Shown here one piece after another: positions 56,701-64,000 of a stretch of 64,000 bases of DNA. Numbering within the stretch: position 1 is the stretch's first letter; every line of letters begins with the position of its first letter. Made by a program: the position numbers and the translations under genes. This DNA comes from Eledone cirrhosa (taxonomy: Eukaryota): contig OZ024741.1 of assembly GCA_964016885.1 (NCBI GenBank), positions 12,028,001 to 12,092,000 on the forward strand, given 5' to 3'. The notes under the pieces were generated by a model. The model saw only the letters and a program-made list of their open reading frames with translations, had not been told where the DNA came from and did not search any database.

Positions 56701-59700
56701 ACCCTTACGAATACCACCACCACTAACTCCATCATCAGAGATCAATACCATACCAATACCATCACCACTAACACCATCATCAGACATCAATACCATACCA
56801 ACACCATCACCACTAACTCCACCATCAGACACCAATACCATACCAATACCATCACCACTAACACCACCATCAGACATCAATAACATACCAATACCACCAC
56901 CACTAACACCATCATCAGACATCAATACCATACCAATACCATCACCACTAACTCCACCATCAGACATCAATACCATACCAATACCACCACCACTAACACC
57001 ACCATCAGACACCAATACCATACCAATACCATCACCACTAACACCACTATCAGACACCAATACCAAACCAATATCATCACCACTAACACCACCATCAGAC
57101 ATCAATACCATACCAATACCATCACCACTAACTCCACCTTCAGACATCAATACCATACCAATACCTCCACCACTATCACCACAATCATACACCAATACCA
57201 TACCTATACCATCACCACTAACACGACCATCAGACATCAATACCATACCAATACCACCACCACTAACACCACCATCAGACATCAATACTATACACATACC
57301 ATCACCACTAACAACACCATCAGACATCAATACCATACCAATACCATCACCACTAAAGCCACCATCAGAGACCAATACCATACCAATACCACCACCACTA
57401 ACACCATCATCAGACATTAAAACCATACCAATACCACCACCACTAACACCATCATCAGACATCAATACCATACCAATACCATCACCACTAACACCTCCAT
57501 CAGACACCAATACCATACCAATACCACCACCACTAACACCACCATCAGACATCAATACCATACCAATACCATCACCACTAACACCTCCATCAGACACCAA
57601 TACCATACCAATACCACCACCACTAACACCATCATCAGACATTAAAACCATACAAATACCACCACCACTAACACCACCATCAGAGATCAATACCATACCA
57701 ATACCTCCACCATCAGACATCAATACCCTTACCACTACCACCACCACTAACACCATCATCAGAGATCAATACCATACCAATACCATCACCACTAACACCA
57801 CCATCAGACACCAATAACATACCAATACCATCACCACTAACACCACCATCAGACATCAATACCAAAACACTACCACCACCACTAACACCACCACCAGACA
57901 TAAATACCATACCAATACCATCACCACTAACACCACCATCAGACACCAATACCATACCAATACCATCACCACTAACACCACCACCAGACATCAATACCAT
58001 ACCAATACTTCCACCATCAGACATCAATACACTTACCAATACCACCACCACTAACTCCATCATCAGAGATCAATACCATACCAATACCACCACCACTAAC
58101 ACCATCATCAGACATCAATACCATACCAATACCACCACCACTAACACCACCATCAGACACCAATACCATACCAATACCATCACCACTAACACCACCATCA
58201 GACATCAATACCATACCAATACCACCACCACTAATACCACCATCGGACACCAATACAATACCAATACCATCACCACTAACACCACCATCAGACACCAATA
58301 CCAAACCGATATCATCACCACTAACACCACCATCAGACATCAATACCATACCAATAACATCACCACTAACACCACCATCAGACATCAGATCCATACCAAT
58401 ACCACCACCACTAACACCATCATCAGACATCAATACCATACCAATACCATCACCACTAACTCCACCATCAGACATCAATACCATACCAATACCATCACAA
58501 CTTACACCACCATCAGACATCAATACCATACCAATACCTCCACCACTATCACCACAATCAGACACCAATACCATACCTATACCATCACCACTAACACCAC
58601 CATCAGATATCAATACTATACCAATACCACCACCACCAATACCACCATCAGAGACCAATACCATCACCACTAACACCACGATCAGACACCAGTGCCATAC
58701 CAATACCACCACCACTAACACCACCATCAGATATCAATACCATACCAATATCATCACCACTAACGCCACCATCAGAGACCAATACCATACCAATACCACC
58801 ACCGCTAACACCATCATCAGACATCAATACCATACCAATACCACCACCACTAACACCACCATCAGACATCAATACCATACCAATACCATCACCACTAACA
58901 CCACCTTCAGAGACCAATACCAAACCAATACCACCACCAATAACACCATCATCAGACATCAACACCATACCAATACAATCACCACTAACAACAGCTTCAG
59001 ACACCAATACCATACCAATACCATCACCACTAACACCACCATCAGAAATCAATACCATACCAATACCACCACCACTATCACCACCATCAGACATCAATAC
59101 CATACCAATACCATCACCACTAACACCACCATCAGAGACCAAAACCATGCCAATACCACCACCACTAACACCATCATCAGAGCTCAATACCATACCAATA
59201 CAATCACCACTAACAACATCTTCAGACACCAATACCATACCAATACCACCACCACTAACACCAATATCAGAGACCAATACCATACCAATACCAACACCAC
59301 TTACACCACCATCAGAAATCAATACTATACCAATACCACCACCACCAATTCCACCATCTCAGAACAATACCACCACCACTAACACCATCATCAGACATCA
59401 ATACCATACCAATACCACCATCACTAACACTACCATCAGAGACCAATTCCATACCAATTCCACCACCACTAACACCACCATCAGACATCAATACCATACC
59501 AATACCATCACCACTAACACCACCATCAGAGACGAATACCATACCAATACCACCACCACTAACACTATCATCAGACATCAATACCATACCAATACCACCA
59601 CCACTATCACCACCATCAGACATCAATACCATACCAATACCATCACCACTAACACCACCATCAGAGACCAAAACCATGCCAATACCACCACCACTAACAC

Positions 59701-62700
59701 CATCATCAGAGCTCAATACCATACCAATACCATCACCACTAACACCACCATCAGAGACCAAAACCATACCAATACCATCACCACTAACACCAACATCAGA
59801 CATCAATACCAAAACAATACCACCACCACTAACACCACCACCAGACATAAATACCATACCAATGCCACCACCACTAACACCACCATCAGAGACCAATACC
59901 ATACCAATACCAGCACCACTAACACTATCATCAGACATCAATACCATACCAATACCATCACCACTAACACCACCATCAGACATCAATACCACAACAATAC
60001 CACCACCACTAACACCACCACCAGACATAAATACCATACCAATACCATCACCACTAACACCACCATCAGACATCAATACCATACCAATACCATCACCACT
60101 AACACCACCACCAGACATCAATACCATACCAATACTTCCACCATCAGACATCAATACCCTTACGAATACCACCACCACTAACTCCATCATCAGAGATCAA
60201 TACCATACCAATACCATCACCACTAACACCATCATCAGACATCAATACCATACCAACACCATCACCACTAACTCCACCATCAGACACCAATACCATACCA
60301 ATACCATCCCCACTAACACCACCATCAGACATCAATAACATACCAATACCACCACCACTAACACCATCATCAGACATCAATACCATACCAATACCATCAC
60401 CACTAACTCCACCATCAGACATCAATACCATACCAATACCACCACCACTAACACCACCATCAGACACCAATACCATACCAATACCATCACCACTAACACC
60501 ACTATCAGACACCAATACCAAACCAATATCATCACCACTAACACCACCATCAGACATCAATACCATACCAATACCATCACCACTAACTCCACCTTCAGAC
60601 ATCAATACCATACCAATACCTCCACCACTATCACCACAATCATACACCAATACCATACCTATACCATCACCACTAACACGACCATCAGACATCAATACCA
60701 TACCAATACCACCACCACTAACACCACCATCAGACATCAATACTATACACATACCATCACCACTAACAACACCATCAGACATCAATACCATACCAATACC
60801 ATCACCACTAAAGCCACCATCAGAGACCAATACCATACCAATACCACCACCACTAACACCATCATCAGACATTAAAACCATACCAATACCACCACCACTA
60901 ACACCATCATCAGACATCAATACCATACCAATACCATCACCACTAACACCTCCATCAGACACCAATACCATACCAATACCACCACCACTAACACCACCAT
61001 CAGACATCAATACCATACCAATACCATCACCACTAACACCTCCATCAGACACCAATACCATACCAATACCACCACCACTAACACCATCATCAGACATTAA
61101 AACCATACAAATACCACCACCACTAACACCACCATCAGAGATCAATACCATACCAATACCTCCACCATCAGACATCAATACCCTTACCACTACCACCACC
61201 ACTAACACCATCATCAGAGATCAATACCATACCAATACCATCACCACTAACACCACCATCAGACACCAATAACATACCAATACCATCACCACTAACACCA
61301 CCATCAGACATCAATACCAAAACACTACCACCACCACTAACACCACCACCAGACATAAATACCATACCAATACCATCACCACTAACACCACCATCAGACA
61401 CCAATACCATACCAATACCATCACCACTAACACCACCACCAGACATCAATACCATACCAATACTTCCACCATCAGACATCAATACACTTACCAATACCAC
61501 CACCACTAACTCCATCATCAGAGATCAATACCATACCAATACCATCACCACTAACACCATCATCAGACATCAATACCCAACCAATACCATCACCACTAAC
61601 TCCACCATCAGACACCAATACCATACCAATACCATCACCACTAACACCACCATCAGACATCAATAACATACCAATACCACCACCACTAACACCATCATCA
61701 GACATCAATACCATACCACTACCATCACCACTAACTCCACCATCAGACATCAATACCATACCAATACCATCACCACTAACTACACCATCAGACATCAATA
61801 CCATACCAATACCACCACCACTAACACCATCATCAGACATCAATACCATACCAATACCATCACCACTAACTCCACCATCAGACATCAATACCATACCAAT
61901 ACCATCACAACTTACACCACCATCAGACATCAATACCATACCAATACCTCCACCACTATCACCACAATCAGACACCAATACCATACCTATACCATCACCA
62001 CTAACACCACCATCAGATATCAATACTATACCAATACCACCACCACCAATACCACCATCAGAGACCAATACCATCACCACTAACACCACCATCAGACATC
62101 AATACCATCACCACTAACACCACCATCAGAGACAAATACCATACCAATACCACCACCACTAACAGCACCATCAGACACCAATACCATACCAATACCATCA
62201 CCACTAACACCACAATTCAGACATCAATACCATATCAATACCATTACCACTAACACCACCATCAGACATTAATATCATACCAATACCACCAACACTAACA
62301 CCACCATCAGAGATCAATACCATACCAATACGTCCACCATCAGACATCAATACCCTTACCACTACCACCACCACTAACACCATCATCAGAGATCAATACC
62401 ATACCAATACCATCACCACTAACACCACCATCAGACACCAATTACATACCAATACCATCACCACTAACACCACCATCAGACATCAATAACATACCAATAC
62501 CACCACCACTAACACCATCATCAGACATCAATACCATACCAATACCATCACCACTAACTCCACCATCAGACACCAATACCATACCAATACCACCACCACT
62601 AACACCACCATCAGACATCAATGCAATACCAATACCACCACCACTAACACCACCATCAGACACCAATACCATCACCACTAACACCACCATCAGACACCAA

Positions 62701-64000
62701 TACCAGACCAATATCATCACCACTAACACCACCATCAGACATCAATACCATACCAATACCATCACCACTAACTCCACCATCAGACATCAATACCATACCA
62801 ATACCACCACCACCACTAACACCATCATCAGACATCAATACCATACCAATACCATCACCACTAACACCACCATCAGACACCAATACCAAACCAATATCAT
62901 CACCACTAACACCACCATCAGACATCAATACCATACCAATACCATCACCACTAACACCACCACCAGAAATCAATACCATACCAATACCATCACCACTAAC
63001 ACCACTCTCAGATATCAATACCATACCAATACCACCACCACTAACACCACCATCAGACATCAATACTATACACATACCATCACCACTAACAACACCATCA
63101 GACATCAATACCATACCAATACCATCACCACTAAAGCCACCATCAGAGACCAATACCATACCAATACCACCACCACTAACACCATCATCAGACATCAAAA
63201 CCATACCAATACCACCACCACTAACACCATCATCAGACATCAATACCATACCAATACCATCACCACTAACACCTCCATCAGACACCAATACCATACCAAT
63301 ACCATCACCACTAACACCACCATCAGACATTAATATCATACCAATACCACCACCACTAACACCACCATCAGACATCAATACCATACCAATACCATCACCA
63401 CTAACACCACCATCAGACATTAATATCATACCAATACCACCACCACTAACACCACCATCAGAGATCAATACCATACCAATACCCCCACCATCAGACATCA
63501 ATACCCTTACCACTACCACCACCACTAACACCATAATCAGAGATCAATACCATACCAATACCATCACCACTAACACCACCATCAGACATCAATACCAAAA
63601 CACTACCACCACCACTAACACCACCACCAGACATAAATACCATACCAATACCATCACCACTAACACCACCATCAGACACCAATACCATACCAATACCATC
63701 ACCAATAACACCACCACCAGACATCAATACCATACCAATAACTCCACCATCAGACACCAATACCATACCAATACCATCACCACTAACACCACCATCAGAC
63801 ACCAATACCATACCAATACCATCACCAATAACACCACCACCAGACATCAATACCATACCAATACTTCCACCATCAGACACCAATACCATACCAATACCAC
63901 AACCACTAACACCATCATCAGACATCAATACCATACCAATACCACCACCACTAACACCACCATCAGACATCAATACCATACCAATACCATCACCACTATC
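38771..64000. repeat. 45-bp satellite (ACCATCAGACATCAATACCATACCAATACCAYCACCACTAACACC), >25 kb, with higher-order duplications
   Basis: Period 45 (15-aa periodicity in the ORF track); shorter deletion variants; runs off the right edge. Confidence 0.97.

Noticed and set aside
38771-64000. Long ORFs (up to 1261 aa; Gly/Val/Met-rich or Pro/Thr-rich, mucin- or glue-like)
   Set aside because: The 45-bp unit lacks stops in several frames on both strands, and frequent non-triplet indels switch frames; there is no unique N- or C-terminal domain or signal peptide.

Overview
Eukaryotic, repeat-saturated window in which I could not support any host gene. The SINE types and microsatellite load resemble a cephalopod/octopus genome (inference). 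Layout: (1) 1-17833 is a 16-bp satellite interrupted by a 5'-truncated CR1 LINE and by a head-to-tail pair of decayed Tx1/L1-clade LINEs. (2) 17.8-20.3 kb holds a tRNA-SINE head and an RTE-clade LINE embedded in (TA)n. (3) 20289-28296 is a complete Helitron with an intact 1595-aa Rep-Pif1 ORF bracketed by internal direct repeats. (4) 28.7-34.0 kb holds a Penelope-like 3' fragment plus short (TA)n-delimited fold-back modules; together these carry three different type I hammerhead-ribozyme folds, two with the U3-A8 variant core, and a non-autonomous Helitron derivative sits near the centre of the large inverted repeat. (5) 34.2-37.4 kb has a CR1 fragment that spawned a 61-bp minisatellite, then microsatellites. 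(6) 37.7-64 kb is ACC-rich sequence grading into a 45-bp satellite with ~3.3-3.6 kb higher-order duplications. All alignments and folds were done by eye; no searches were run.
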